Shown: positions 30,555 to 40,530, counted from the first letter of the stretch. The stretch is DNA of 53,843 nt from an uncultured Chloroflexota bacterium (GCA_964496475.1 CAZBZS010000010.1:6402-60244), one strand, 5' to 3'. Notes: generated by a model not told the origin, from the letters alone. Numbers and translations are program-made.

Positions 30555-30626
30555 TACCCCCGGGGCGACTCGAACGCCCGCACCCGACTCCGGAGGCCGG
30601 TGCTCTATCCGCTGAGCTACGGGGGC
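30555..30626 (-). tRNA. tRNA-Arg(CCG)
   Basis: Cloverleaf: GCCCCCG/CGGGGGT acceptor, GCTC/GAGC D-arm, CCGGC-CTCCGGA-GTCGG anticodon arm, GGGCG-TTCGAGT-CGCCC T-arm; CCA not encoded (CCG follows). Confidence 0.95.
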
Positions 30627-30720
30627 CGATTCTCGGACCCGAAGTATATCAACCGGCCTGCGGCGCACCTTGCGCTAATCTTTCGCCCACTCGGATTCAT
30701 TTCCATCTGCGAGTCCTATA

Positions 30721-31809
30721 ATGCTCATTACCGATATCTCCTTGGAATCCTTTCGTTGGCCGCGTACGCGGCCGATCCGCAACGGCATGTTCGTCTATAC
30801 GCACGTCGAACTCAGCATCCTGCGAGTCGAAAGTGACGCGGGTATCAGCGGCATCGCCCCCGGGGCTGGCGGGCCGGTAGGTGCCGCCATGCTCGAAGGA
30901 TTTCGAGATGTCCTCATCGGCCAGGACCCCATGAACGTCGAACGCATCTGGCATCAACTCTGGATACCCAAGCTTTTCGGCCGGCGCGGCGCCGAAACCC
31001 GCGTCATCAGCAGCATCGACATCGCCATCTGGGACCTGATCGGCAAGTACTTGCAGCAGCCCGTGTACAAACTTCTCGGGGGAGCCCGCGACCGCGTTCC
31101 CGTATACATCGCCGGAGGTTACTACGAAGAAGGCAAAGGGCTGGACGATCTCGCCGCCGAGATGGACGAGAACATCGAGATGGGCGCCACTGCCGTGAAG
31201 ATGAAGATCGGCGGCGAGATGATCGCCGCCGATGTGGAGCGCGTCCGCGTCGCTCGCGAAGCCATCGGACCTGACGTCGCCCTCATGGTCGACGCCAACA
31301 ACGCCTATCGCGCTCACGAGGCCATCCGCATAGCCAGAATGATGGAGCCCTACAACATCTACTGGTTCGAGGAGCCCTGTGGCGCGGACGATTATCAGGG
31401 CCACGCCCGGGTCGCCGCCGCGACCTCTACCCCAATCGCAACTGGCGAGAACGAATACACCCGTTACGGCTTCCGCGATCTGATCCAGCACGGCGCCGCC
31501 GCCATCCTTCAGCCCGACGCCAACATCATGGGTGGGGTGACCGAGTTCCGCAAGGTCGCCGACCTCGCCGCCGCCCATGATCTGGCCATCTCCCCTCACG
31601 GCGGCCAGGATGTTCACATCCATCTCACCGCCGGGGTTCCAGCCGGGCTCATCCTTGAGTTTTATCGCAGCACCGTAGATCCTCTCTGGGACAAGAAATT
31701 CATGGAACCTTTGACGCTTGATAAGGACGGAATGCTCGCACCGCCGGACCGTCCCGGGTTCGGAATCGAACCCAACTACGAAGCTATCGAACCCCATCGC
31801 GTCGCCTGA
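30721..31809 (+). CDS. Mandelate racemase/muconate lactonizing enzyme family
   Basis: KMKIGG, MVDAN, FEEP, TGENE, QPD. Confidence 0.9.
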   Translation: MLITDISLESFRWPRTRPIRNGMFVYTHVELSILRVESDAGISGIAPGAGGPVGAAMLEGFRDVLIGQDPMNVERIWHQLWIPKLFGRRGAETRVISSIDIAIWDLIGKYLQQPVYKLLGGARDRVPVYIAGGYYEEGKGLDDLAAEMDENIEMGATAVKMKIGGEMIAADVERVRVAREAIGPDVALMVDANNAYRAHEAIRIARMMEPYNIYWFEEPCGADDYQGHARVAAATSTPIATGENEYTRYGFRDLIQHGAAAILQPDANIMGGVTEFRKVADLAAAHDLAISPHGGQDVHIHLTAGVPAGLILEFYRSTVDPLWDKKFMEPLTLDKDGMLAPPDRPGFGIEPNYEAIEPHRVA

Positions 31810-32590
31810 TCGCCGCTCGCCGACCGCCTGGCGCCTACTCCGTACGCCCCCCGCCCCCGGCGCCTGGAACATGGCCGTCGATGAGTCCCTCATGGAGTCC
31901 GTGCGCCAGGGCGGGCCGCCGGTTTTGCGTTTTTACGACTGGGAGCCGGCCTGCCTTTCTATCGGGTATTTCGAGGCGTTTGCGGCGGTCGATTCCCGCG
32001 AATGTCGCCGTCGTGGAATCGACATCGTCCGCAGGCCAACGGGCGGCAACGCTATCCTTCATGAGCAATGCCTGACGTACTCAGTCGTGCTGCCCGCGTG
32101 TTCATCTCTGGTAGATGGCGGGATCGTTCCTTCCTACCGGCGCTTGAGCCGGCCGTTTCAGGAGGCTCTTCTCGAAGTCGGGGCGCCGGTCGCCACCGCC
32201 CCCGACTCCGCCCGACCCGCCACCGGCTTCGACTGTTTCGCCGCACCGGCTCCGCATGAAATCACGCTGGCTGGACGCAAGATTCTCGGCAGCGCCCAGA
32301 CCCGGCGTCGCGGAGTCGTTCTCCAGCATGGCTCGCTAATTTCCGGCGTGACGCCCGACCTGACGTGTCTGTCCAGCACCCCTTCCGACAGTCACCCTTC
32401 CCCCGGTCCTCCTTTGCTCGAATTTCTCCCCGACGGCCCAGGCGCCCTCCCCACCGCCATAGCCCACCACTGCGCCGTCGGTTGGTCGGCTCACTTCCAA
32501 AACGACGACCTCTCGCTGGCTGAAAGCGAACTTGCTTCGTCTCTAGTCTGGGACAAGTACTCAACTTCGCGCTGGACCGAAATTCGGTAG
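31796..32590 (+). CDS. Lipoate-protein ligase/octanoyltransferase (LipM-like); start uncertain
   Basis: WRLL, NMAVDE, RRPTGG.A.LH, KILGSAQ, LQHGS. Confidence 0.8.
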   Translation: MASPDRRSPTAWRLLRTPPAPGAWNMAVDESLMESVRQGGPPVLRFYDWEPACLSIGYFEAFAAVDSRECRRRGIDIVRRPTGGNAILHEQCLTYSVVLPACSSLVDGGIVPSYRRLSRPFQEALLEVGAPVATAPDSARPATGFDCFAAPAPHEITLAGRKILGSAQTRRRGVVLQHGSLISGVTPDLTCLSSTPSDSHPSPGPPLLEFLPDGPGALPTAIAHHCAVGWSAHFQNDDLSLAESELASSLVWDKYSTSRWTEIR

Positions 32591-32693
32591 GCGACTTGGC
32601 CGGGGCAACACTCCTGTCAGGCGGTCGGCAACGACGGCATATTCGTGAGCAATCTTACCCGCGATCCGCCCCGCACCCGGCTATGTTGCCGAG

Positions 32694-33711
32694 ATGCTCG
32701 ATCGATTCGGAACAGTGATAGCGATACTGGCGGGGGTGGTGGTGTTATTCCTCTTCGCCCGCGTCCTCGGACTTGGATTCCTCAGCGGTCTTTCAGACGA
32801 CCCCGGACCAAGTCCAGCAGCGGAAGCCGGTGGCCTGCCGGCATCTGTGTTCGACCAGCGAACACCGCGCGACGGCATCCGGCCGATATACGACCCCGGC
32901 TTTATCCCGGCTTTACAGGCCGATCTGGGCCCCTCTGAGATGGTCGTGGCGGTGGAGATGGGCGGTGAGGTCCACGCCTACCCCATTGCTGTTCTCAATT
33001 CTCCGGAAATAGTCAACGACGTGGTCGGTGGGAGGCCAATCCTCGTTACGTGGTGACCACTCTGTTATTCCAGTCTCGTGCACGACCGCAGAGTTGAAGG
33101 GAGCACTCTCACTTTCGGTAACCAGGGTGCGCTCTACATGTTCAATATGACCTGGTGGGACCATGAGACCGGCAGCATCTGGGTGCAGCTCACCAGCAGC
33201 GCCGAGCGGGGCGAGCTTGTCGGCGCCACCCTCGAACAACTACCGGCCTACACCGGATCGTAGAGCACCTGGCTCGCCTCCCATCCCGACACCTTGTTGC
33301 TCGACGAATCCCGCGGATTTTCCTTCAGAGAGGTTCCGCACGACAGGTTTGTCATCGGGATAACCCTGGGCGACGACTCATCGGCGTACTACTACCCGGA
33401 GGCCGCCGCCGCGGGCGTTCTGAACGATTCCGTGGGGGCACTCCGGTGATCGTCTACCTGCGAGGGGACAACCGGGTCATCAAGACCGTTTCGCAGGTCG
33501 TCGACGGCGAAGCGCTCACGTTCACCGTGGTCGATGATCTCCTGGTGGAGATCAGACCGGTAGCAACTGGTCGTCCGAAAATGGGCTCGCGTTGGAAGGT
33601 CAACTACAGGACCGCTTCCTGGCACCGATCCCCTACACTCCGGCGTTCGATTGGTCATGGCGAGACTTCTATCCAGCCGCCCGGTTCTATCCTGAGTATT
33701 GCGGCAATTAG
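32694..33711 (+). pseudogene. DUF3179-like (seleno)protein, disrupted
   Basis: RDGIRPIYDP, HAYP, EIVND, VTW-TGA(33054)-PLC; then TAG at 33261 in place of W and frameshifts near 33440 and 33550; C-terminal FDWSWRDFYP. Confidence 0.75.
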
Positions 33712-34682
33712 CTGCGCTGCAGGAGCAGTCCGGCCCACCATTCCGCCACCTGCTCCACCCCTTCCACTCTCTCCTCCAACTCCGATCCCTCTCCGCCTCG
33801 CACCACTCTGCCCTCCACATCCCAGAAGCCCTCGAACCCGAATCCCGCGAACGCCTCAAGCGTCGCCGGCGTAGCTTCGTGTCGGGCCAGCGGAACCGCA
33901 ACCGCGTCCGCTCCCCGCTTTCGCAGGCGACCGTTTAGATCGGACAGCAAAACATCTTCCGTCTGATCGACCACAACCCCGAACGCCACCGTGCCGGAGC
34001 CGATCTCACGGGCCCGATAGACGTCCGACAGCGTCGATAGCGACAGTTGCCCCGGCGCGACCTCTTCGCCCGCTACCGCCGTGCCGTACGTCAAAAAGCA
34101 GGTATCGTACCTCAGGGCCAGCACCCGGCTGATCAGGCCGAGCGGCCCCATCGCAATGCCGATCGTCGGGGCTGTGGACCGTTCGAACATGCGCAGCGCC
34201 GACAGAGAATCCTCCAGGCTCCGCGCCATCCCGACGACCTTTACTATCCCCATTTCGGAGTCCGTCATTTCTTGCTGAATCCGTTCGATACCCTGGGGCA
34301 TGCGCTCAAAGTCGTGATGCGAAACCACTACCCGGTGCCAGTACGATTCCGGCACAAACTGGATGGCGTCAAGTTCTATGTCGACATATTCAGAGCCAAG
34401 TTCGAGCGCGTCTAGTAACACCGCCACCCGCCGCGCCTCATCCCCCTCGTAGCGCCCACCCTCGCGAACCGGCCGGTTGGTCAAAACCAGCGGCAGCGGC
34501 CGCTCGGTCACCAGGGTTTTGAGGTGGTAGTCGCCCATCAGGTCGAGCCGCAGCTCGATGATGTCGGCCCGGTCAGCCACGGCGCCGTAATCGGCTAGGG
34601 CCGCGCCCGTGTCTCGCGGCCCCAGCGCTACGCCCAGCATTCGCCGATGTCCATTGCCCAGGTTCTGATTCACCGTCGCCAT
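33708..34682 (-). CDS. aroD: Type I 3-dehydroquinate dehydratase with C-terminal extension
   Basis: IELRLD, TNRPVREGG, VDIEL, SHHDF, IVKV, MGPLGLISR, APGQ. Confidence 0.85.
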   Translation of the reverse strand: MATVNQNLGNGHRRMLGVALGPRDTGAALADYGAVADRADIIELRLDLMGDYHLKTLVTERPLPLVLTNRPVREGGRYEGDEARRVAVLLDALELGSEYVDIELDAIQFVPESYWHRVVVSHHDFERMPQGIERIQQEMTDSEMGIVKVVGMARSLEDSLSALRMFERSTAPTIGIAMGPLGLISRVLALRYDTCFLTYGTAVAGEEVAPGQLSLSTLSDVYRAREIGSGTVAFGVVVDQTEDVLLSDLNGRLRKRGADAVAVPLARHEATPATLEAFAGFGFEGFWDVEGRVVRGGEGSELEERVEGVEQVAEWWAGLLLQRS

Positions 34683-34766
34683 CCGTGTAATGTATCCGCG
34701 CTAAAGATTAGATAACAGGCACGACCGCGCCAAACGGTCGCGCCGCAAATTCATTCGGAGGACGCC

Positions 34767-35750
34767 TTGGCCAAGATGATCGGATTCTCTTCGACGCTCA
34801 AGTACAGCCTCGACGAACTCCGCGAAATGCTTACGGCCAACGGCCACGAACTCTTGGAGGGGCCGGATTACAGCGGCGTCCCCACTGAGGACGATGTCTC
34901 CGAAATGCTGGCAGAACTCTTACCCGATGCCGACGCCATCCTGCTGGGAGGCGCCCTCTTCACCGCAAGTCACCTAGCCTCCGCCCCTAATCTTAAGGTC
35001 GTCTCCCGCGCCGGGGTCGGCTATGACGCCGTCGATCTCGAAGCCGCCGCCACTGCCGGGGTTCCGGTCACCATCACCATTCACGCCAACTTCGAGACCG
35101 TCGCCGATTTCGCCATCACTCTAATGCTCGCGCTCACCCGCCGGTTGATTACAAATCATGTCGATCTCAGCACAGGCACCTGGAACCGCTCTGTCGGCAG
35201 CGACTTCTCCGGCCGGACTATCGGAATAGCCGGCCTTGGCCGAATAGGCAGGGCGGTAGCGATTCGGGCCAGGGGGTTTGGCATGCCGATCATCGCCCAC
35301 GAGCTATATCCCAACCAGAAGTTCGTCGTCCAGCACGACATTCGGCTGGTTGATCTGGACACGCTCTGTCGCGAGGCCGACTTCATCTCGCTGCACATGC
35401 CCAGCACTCCCGAGACCCAACATTGCATTAACGCCGATCGGCTGGCTCTTATGAAGCCCACCGCATACCTGGTCAACACCGCTCGCGGGATTTTGATCGA
35501 CGAGCCCGCTCTGCTGCACGCCCTGACCAACGGGATTATCGCCGGTGCGGGACTCGACGTGTTCAATGTCGAGCCGATCTCCGAATCTCCATTCTTCAGC
35601 CTGCCCAACACCATCGTCACTCCCCATATCGCGGGGATTAGCGACGAGGCCAACCGGCGGATGATCCTGGACTGTGCCAGGAACGCGATGGCGGTTATTT
35701 CTGGCGACTGGCCGCGCGACATCGTTGTCAACGGCGTCTATTCCGGGTAG
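34767..35750 (+). CDS. D-isomer 2-hydroxyacid dehydrogenase (phosphoglycerate dehydrogenase-like)
   Basis: GGAGG + TTG; GLGRIG, VNTARG, LDVFNVEP, TPHIAG; paralog of the gene at 20441. Confidence 0.92.
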   Translation: MAKMIGFSSTLKYSLDELREMLTANGHELLEGPDYSGVPTEDDVSEMLAELLPDADAILLGGALFTASHLASAPNLKVVSRAGVGYDAVDLEAAATAGVPVTITIHANFETVADFAITLMLALTRRLITNHVDLSTGTWNRSVGSDFSGRTIGIAGLGRIGRAVAIRARGFGMPIIAHELYPNQKFVVQHDIRLVDLDTLCREADFISLHMPSTPETQHCINADRLALMKPTAYLVNTARGILIDEPALLHALTNGIIAGAGLDVFNVEPISESPFFSLPNTIVTPHIAGISDEANRRMILDCARNAMAVISGDWPRDIVVNGVYSG

Positions 35751-35762
35751 GGCGGCCCGCCG

Positions 35763-36572
35763 TTGATTCTCGCATTCGATCTGGACGGTGTGATCTACGC
35801 CGGTGGCGATCTAATTCCCGGCGCGGCTGAGGCGATCACCCTCGCCCGGCGTTTCGGTCACGACGTCTATTTCATCAGCAATAACGTTCAGCTAAACGCA
35901 GCCCAGCTTGCCGGCCGTCTGCAGGGCCTGGGCATCGACGCCGATCCGGCCGAAGTCGTCTGCGCCACCGAAATCGCCGCCGATGTTGTCGATGCCTTGC
36001 AACCCCGGCCGAATCGGGTTCTCGTGCTCGGCACGGATGCCATCGCCGGCCCCATCGCCCGCACCGGAATGGAAGTCGTCCGCGGTCTCACTGCCGATCC
36101 CGTCGACGCCGTGGTCCTAGGCATCGACTCCAATATTGCCTTCCAGGATTTGGCCGCCGCCCACCGCGTCATCGAACGCGACGGTGCCATCCTCGTGGCC
36201 CCAAATAATGACGCATCCTTCGCCACTTCCGGCGGCACCAGTCCCGGCGTCGGAGCGTTCGTCGCCGCGCTACGGGCGTCCTGCGGGGCGGAACCGGTCG
36301 TTGTCGGCAAACCGGCTCCACATCTTTTCCGCCATATCCTCGAAATCGAAGACGCGACGGCGGAGAATCTGCTGGTGATCGGCGACAGTCTTTACTCGGA
36401 TATCGGTGGGGCAATATCTGTTGGGGCCAGGTCGGCTCTCGTGCTGACCGGGGTCGACTCCCGCACTTCCACTGCCGCCCTGCCCCCCGATCGCCAGCCC
36501 GATTACATCCTCAACCGCCTCACCGACCTCCCGTTCGCCGAGCTGGCCGCCGGCCACCCAGTATCGAACTAA
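35763..36572 (+). CDS. HAD-IIA (NagD-like) hydrolase
   Basis: FDLDGV, SNN, GKP, IGDSLYSDI. Confidence 0.88.
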   Translation: MILAFDLDGVIYAGGDLIPGAAEAITLARRFGHDVYFISNNVQLNAAQLAGRLQGLGIDADPAEVVCATEIAADVVDALQPRPNRVLVLGTDAIAGPIARTGMEVVRGLTADPVDAVVLGIDSNIAFQDLAAAHRVIERDGAILVAPNNDASFATSGGTSPGVGAFVAALRASCGAEPVVVGKPAPHLFRHILEIEDATAENLLVIGDSLYSDIGGAISVGARSALVLTGVDSRTSTAALPPDRQPDYILNRLTDLPFAELAAGHPVSN

Positions 36573-36742
36573 GACTAGCGATCGTGCTCGGCGCTATCAC
36601 CCCGACGATTATCACCGCCTCCGGCGACGGCGGTTCGCTGGTAGGCTCGGATCTGGTCAACGTTCGGGATCGACCCGGCATCGCCGCCGTGGGCCGCCGG
36701 CTCACCGACGACGTCTCCACCGCCTGAGATTAGGGAGTTCCA

Positions 36743-38197
36743 ATGGCCCTTCGAGATCTGCGCGAGTTCCTCAAGCTCCTGGACGAACGGGGTGAACTGC
36801 ACCACATCACCGCCGAGGTCGACCCCGATCTGGAAATCACTGAAATTACCGACCGTGTCGTCAAGTCCGGCGGGCCGGCCCTCCTATTCGAAAACGTCAA
36901 GGGCTCTCCCTTCCCCTTGGCCACCAACATCTTCGGGTCCGAGTCCCGCATGAGCCTAGCGCTCGGCGTTGATGAGTGGAGCGAACTCGAACATCGCATC
37001 GAGAAGCTCCTGGAACTGGCGATGGGGCCGCCGCCGAAGGGAATCTTTGGCAAGCTCGGAGCGCTCGGCGACATCATCAAGATGGGCCGGATCGGTCCCA
37101 AAGAAGTCGGATCGGGACCGTGCCAGGAGGTCGTCGAAACCGAGAATCCCTCGCTCGCCGAATTCCCCATCGTGAAGTGCTGGCCCGACGACGGCGGTCG
37201 CTACATCACCCTCCCGCTCGTCTTCACCCACGACCCCTCCACGGCCCGCCGCAACGTCGGTATGTACCGGCTCCAGGTATTCGACAAGCGGACCCTGGGC
37301 ATGCACTGGCAACTTCATAAGGGCGGCAGCGAGCACTTCCGTCAGGCTAAAGACGAAAACCAGCGCATTGAGGTCGCCATCGCAATTGGCACCGATCCCG
37401 TTCTCACCTACGCCGCCACCGCGCCCCTGCCTCCAGACGTCGATGAGATGGTTTTCGCCGGCTTCCTACGGGGAAGGTCCGTGGAGATGGTGCGCTGCAA
37501 GACGGTGGATATTCTCGTGCCGGCCCACAGCGAGATCATCATCGAAGGTTACGTAGATCCCGCCGAGTCCCGCACGGAGGGCCCGTTTGGCGACCACACG
37601 GGCGTGTACTCCCTAGCCGACGAATACCCGGTCCTGCATGTCACCGCCGTCACCCGGCGCGAAGATCCGATCTACGTCTCCACCATCGTCGGCCGCCCGC
37701 CGATGGAAGACGCCTACCTGGGAAAAGCCACCGAGCGCCTTTTTCTCCCTCTGATCCGGCTCATGATCCCCGAACTGGTGGACATCCACCTCCCGGTCGA
37801 TTCCGTGTTTCACAACTTCGCCCTGGCCTCCATCCGCAAGCGGTATCCCGGCCACGCCCGCAAGGTCATGCACGCCATCTGGGGGCTGGGCCAGATGATG
37901 TTCACCAAGTTCGTCATCATTGTGGATGAAAACGTCGACGTGCAGAATCTGCGCGAAGTCCTGTGGCGCGTCGGCAATAACGTTGACCCGGCCCGCGACG
38001 TCGAAATCGTCATGGGTCCGACCGACACCCTCGAGCACGCCTCCGCCCAACCCCACTACGGAGGGAAACTCGGCATCGACGCCACGATTAAGCTCCCCGA
38101 GGAAGGCCATCACCGGGAATGGCCTCCCGACGTTGTCATGTCCCCCGAGATCACGGACCTGGTGGACCGGCGCTGGTCCGAATTCGGCCTTGACTGA
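36743..38197 (+). CDS. ubiD: UbiD-family menaquinone biosynthesis decarboxylase (MqnL-like)
   Basis: NVGMYR, EGPFGDHTG, GRPPMED, GLGQMMFTK, GIDAT. Confidence 0.9.
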   Translation: MALRDLREFLKLLDERGELHHITAEVDPDLEITEITDRVVKSGGPALLFENVKGSPFPLATNIFGSESRMSLALGVDEWSELEHRIEKLLELAMGPPPKGIFGKLGALGDIIKMGRIGPKEVGSGPCQEVVETENPSLAEFPIVKCWPDDGGRYITLPLVFTHDPSTARRNVGMYRLQVFDKRTLGMHWQLHKGGSEHFRQAKDENQRIEVAIAIGTDPVLTYAATAPLPPDVDEMVFAGFLRGRSVEMVRCKTVDILVPAHSEIIIEGYVDPAESRTEGPFGDHTGVYSLADEYPVLHVTAVTRREDPIYVSTIVGRPPMEDAYLGKATERLFLPLIRLMIPELVDIHLPVDSVFHNFALASIRKRYPGHARKVMHAIWGLGQMMFTKFVIIVDENVDVQNLREVLWRVGNNVDPARDVEIVMGPTDTLEHASAQPHYGGKLGIDATIKLPEEGHHREWPPDVVMSPEITDLVDRRWSEFGLD

Positions 38198-38230
38198 CCC
38201 GTCCCGCTCAATCCTGGGTGGGGCTCGATC

Positions 38231-39088
38231 ATGATTGGCCGGGCCGGAGTCTACCTGGAGTCCGTACGCTTCCAGCACACGATCTTCGCCCTCCCCTTCG
38301 CGTTTGCTGCGATGCTTCTGGCCGCCGGCGGCTGGCCCGGCTGGTCCACCCTGGCATTCATCACTCTGGCCATGATCGGCGCCCGCACCGGCGCCATGGC
38401 GGCCAACCGACTGATTGACGCCCAACTCGATGCCCGTAATCCCCGCACCTCCTCGCGCGCGCTCCCCGCGGGCCTCATGCGTCAGCGGGAAATGCTGGCC
38501 CTCGCCGCCGCCGGTTTCATCTTGCTCGCCATCGCCGCCTGGCGACTTAACTTCACCGCCCTCGCCCTCGCCCCGGTCGCCGTCCTGCTCGTCTCCGCCT
38601 ACCCTTACTTCAAGTGTTTCACTTGGCTATCTCACTGGTTCTTGGGCTTGGCCGACGCAATCGCGGTCGCCGGCGCCTGGATCGGTGTCACCGCCGGACT
38701 CGACCTCGCGGCGGTCTTACTCACCCTGGCCATGATGTTCTGGATCGCCGGCTTCGATGTCATCTACGCCTGCCAGGACGTCGAAATCGACCGCCGCGAG
38801 GGACTCCACTCGGTCCCGGCCCGATTCGGCATCGGCCCGGCTCTATGGTTCTCCCGCGTCTCTCACCTCATCGCCGTCGCCTGCATGTTCGCGTTGGGCC
38901 TTGTCGCGGAACTAAGCTGGGTGTACTGGATCGGGGTGGCCGCCGCCGCAGGCATTCTCGTTTACGAAGCCGCCCTCGTCAGACCGAACAACCTTGATAA
39001 TCTGCAAAAAGCGTTTTTCGACATGAATGGCTATGTTTCCGTGGTCTTCATGGCGTCCGTCATACTTCACTTTGCGATCGCCGCATGA
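38231..39088 (+). CDS. ubiA: UbiA-family polyprenyltransferase (MqnP-like)
   Basis: HTIFALPF, NRLIDAQLDARNPRT, GFDVIYACQD; multiple TMs. Confidence 0.9.
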   Translation: MIGRAGVYLESVRFQHTIFALPFAFAAMLLAAGGWPGWSTLAFITLAMIGARTGAMAANRLIDAQLDARNPRTSSRALPAGLMRQREMLALAAAGFILLAIAAWRLNFTALALAPVAVLLVSAYPYFKCFTWLSHWFLGLADAIAVAGAWIGVTAGLDLAAVLLTLAMMFWIAGFDVIYACQDVEIDRREGLHSVPARFGIGPALWFSRVSHLIAVACMFALGLVAELSWVYWIGVAAAAGILVYEAALVRPNNLDNLQKAFFDMNGYVSVVFMASVILHFAIAA

Positions 39089-39687
39089 GCACTTCCGACC
39101 GACCCGAAAACGTCGCCCTGGCCGTATCCGGCGCCAGCGGCGCGATAATCGCCAGAGAGTTCGGCGCCGCCGTCCTGGAACGCGGATTCCATCTGCATTT
39201 CATCTGCACGCGCTACGGCCGGCTCATGTGGGAACACGAATTGGGTGAGACCGTGGACGCCACAATCGCCGACTTGCAGACCCGGGGCCCCGTCACCGTC
39301 CACAAGGCCGGCGAGATGACCTCCGCGCTGGCCAGCGGCTCGTTTCCGGTCCGCGCCTATGCCGTTATCCCCTGCAGCATGGCCAGCGTGGCCGCCATCG
39401 CAACCGGAGTCGGTACTAGTCTCGTGCACCGCATGGCCGACGTCGCGATCAAGGAGCGGCGTCCGCTCGTTGTGGTCCCTCGCGAAACTCCCCTATCCCC
39501 AATTCACCTCCAAAATTTGCTGACTCTCGGCCAGGTCGGAGTGACCGTCCTGCCACCGATGCCCGCGTTCTACCAGCACCCCGAATCGCTGGATGACGTG
39601 ATCGACGAAGTAGTTCAACGCGCCCTTGCCGCTCTCGGCCTCATCTCAGAATTGCCCCGAGCCCTCCAGTGGGGCGCCGGCTCCTGA
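39085..39687 (+). CDS. ubiX: Flavin prenyltransferase UbiX
   Basis: SGASG, ASGS, PCSM, KERRPLVVVPRETP, PAFY; ATGA overlap with ubiA. Confidence 0.92.
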   Translation: MSTSDRPENVALAVSGASGAIIAREFGAAVLERGFHLHFICTRYGRLMWEHELGETVDATIADLQTRGPVTVHKAGEMTSALASGSFPVRAYAVIPCSMASVAAIATGVGTSLVHRMADVAIKERRPLVVVPRETPLSPIHLQNLLTLGQVGVTVLPPMPAFYQHPESLDDVIDEVVQRALAALGLISELPRALQWGAGS

Positions 39688-39732
39688 ATAGCCCCTCTAC
39701 CACCTCTCAGCTCCGACCCGAAAGGTAGTCCC

Positions 39733-40530
39733 TTGCCCCTCACCACCCTGATCTTCGACCTTGACGAGACCATCATGGCCGACAACCCGTCGGCCGAAGC
39801 GGCCGCCGTGGCCGCCGCCGAGATTGCGGGCGCCCGCCACTACATCGATGCCCATGCCCTCGCCACCAGCCTGTTTGAATCCGCTCGGGCCCTCTGGCGC
39901 GCGTCGGACCTCAGCCCCCATGCCCGCGACCTCGGCGCCAGCTCTTGGGAAGGTCTCTGGGGCGATTTCGACGACCCCGATCCCCGCCTCCAGGCGCTCG
40001 CCCGCTGGCTACCCGAATTTCGCCTCCGTGCCTGGAGCCTCGCCCTGGCCGATCACGACATAGATGACGAAGCCCTGTCCCTTGAGCTGGCCGATGCCTT
40101 CCGCCGCGAACGCCGCGCCCGTCACCTGGTATTCCCCGAAGCCCTGGCCGCCCTTGACGACCTGGCCACGGACTATCGCCTGTCCCTGCTCACCAACGGC
40201 TCACCGAACGTACAGAACGAGAAGATCGACGGCGCGGACCTGCGCGGTCGCTTTGATCCCATCGTCATCTCCGGCGAAGTTGGCGCCGGCAAACCCGATC
40301 CGGCCGCGTTTCGGCACATCCTCGGTCTGGTGGGACTCGAACCCGCGCAGACGGCCATGATCGGGGACAGCTTCCGGCGCGATATCGTTGGCGCGGCCGA
40401 GCTGGGCATGTTCACCATCTGGCTGAACCGCTTCCGCAAGACACTGCCTGCCGATGTCCCTGACGATCTCCCCAAAGCCGACGCCGAAGTCTACGACCTT
40501 TCGCAGATTCGCGCGGTACTCCCCGGCTAG
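39733..40530 (+). CDS. HAD-family hydrolase (subfamily IA)
   Basis: FDLDET, LTNG, KP, IGDSFRRDI. Confidence 0.88.
   Translation: MPLTTLIFDLDETIMADNPSAEAAAVAAAEIAGARHYIDAHALATSLFESARALWRASDLSPHARDLGASSWEGLWGDFDDPDPRLQALARWLPEFRLRAWSLALADHDIDDEALSLELADAFRRERRARHLVFPEALAALDDLATDYRLSLLTNGSPNVQNEKIDGADLRGRFDPIVISGEVGAGKPDPAAFRHILGLVGLEPAQTAMIGDSFRRDIVGAAELGMFTIWLNRFRKTLPADVPDDLPKADAEVYDLSQIRAVLPG

Noticed and set aside
8888-33711. Amber (TAG) recoding or pyrrolysine, suggested by in-frame TAGs in the SDR, SPFH and DUF3179 genes
   Set aside because: TAG ends most intact genes here. The interrupted genes also carry frameshifts or lost catalytic residues, TAGs fall at W/Q-like positions, and no pyl genes are seen.
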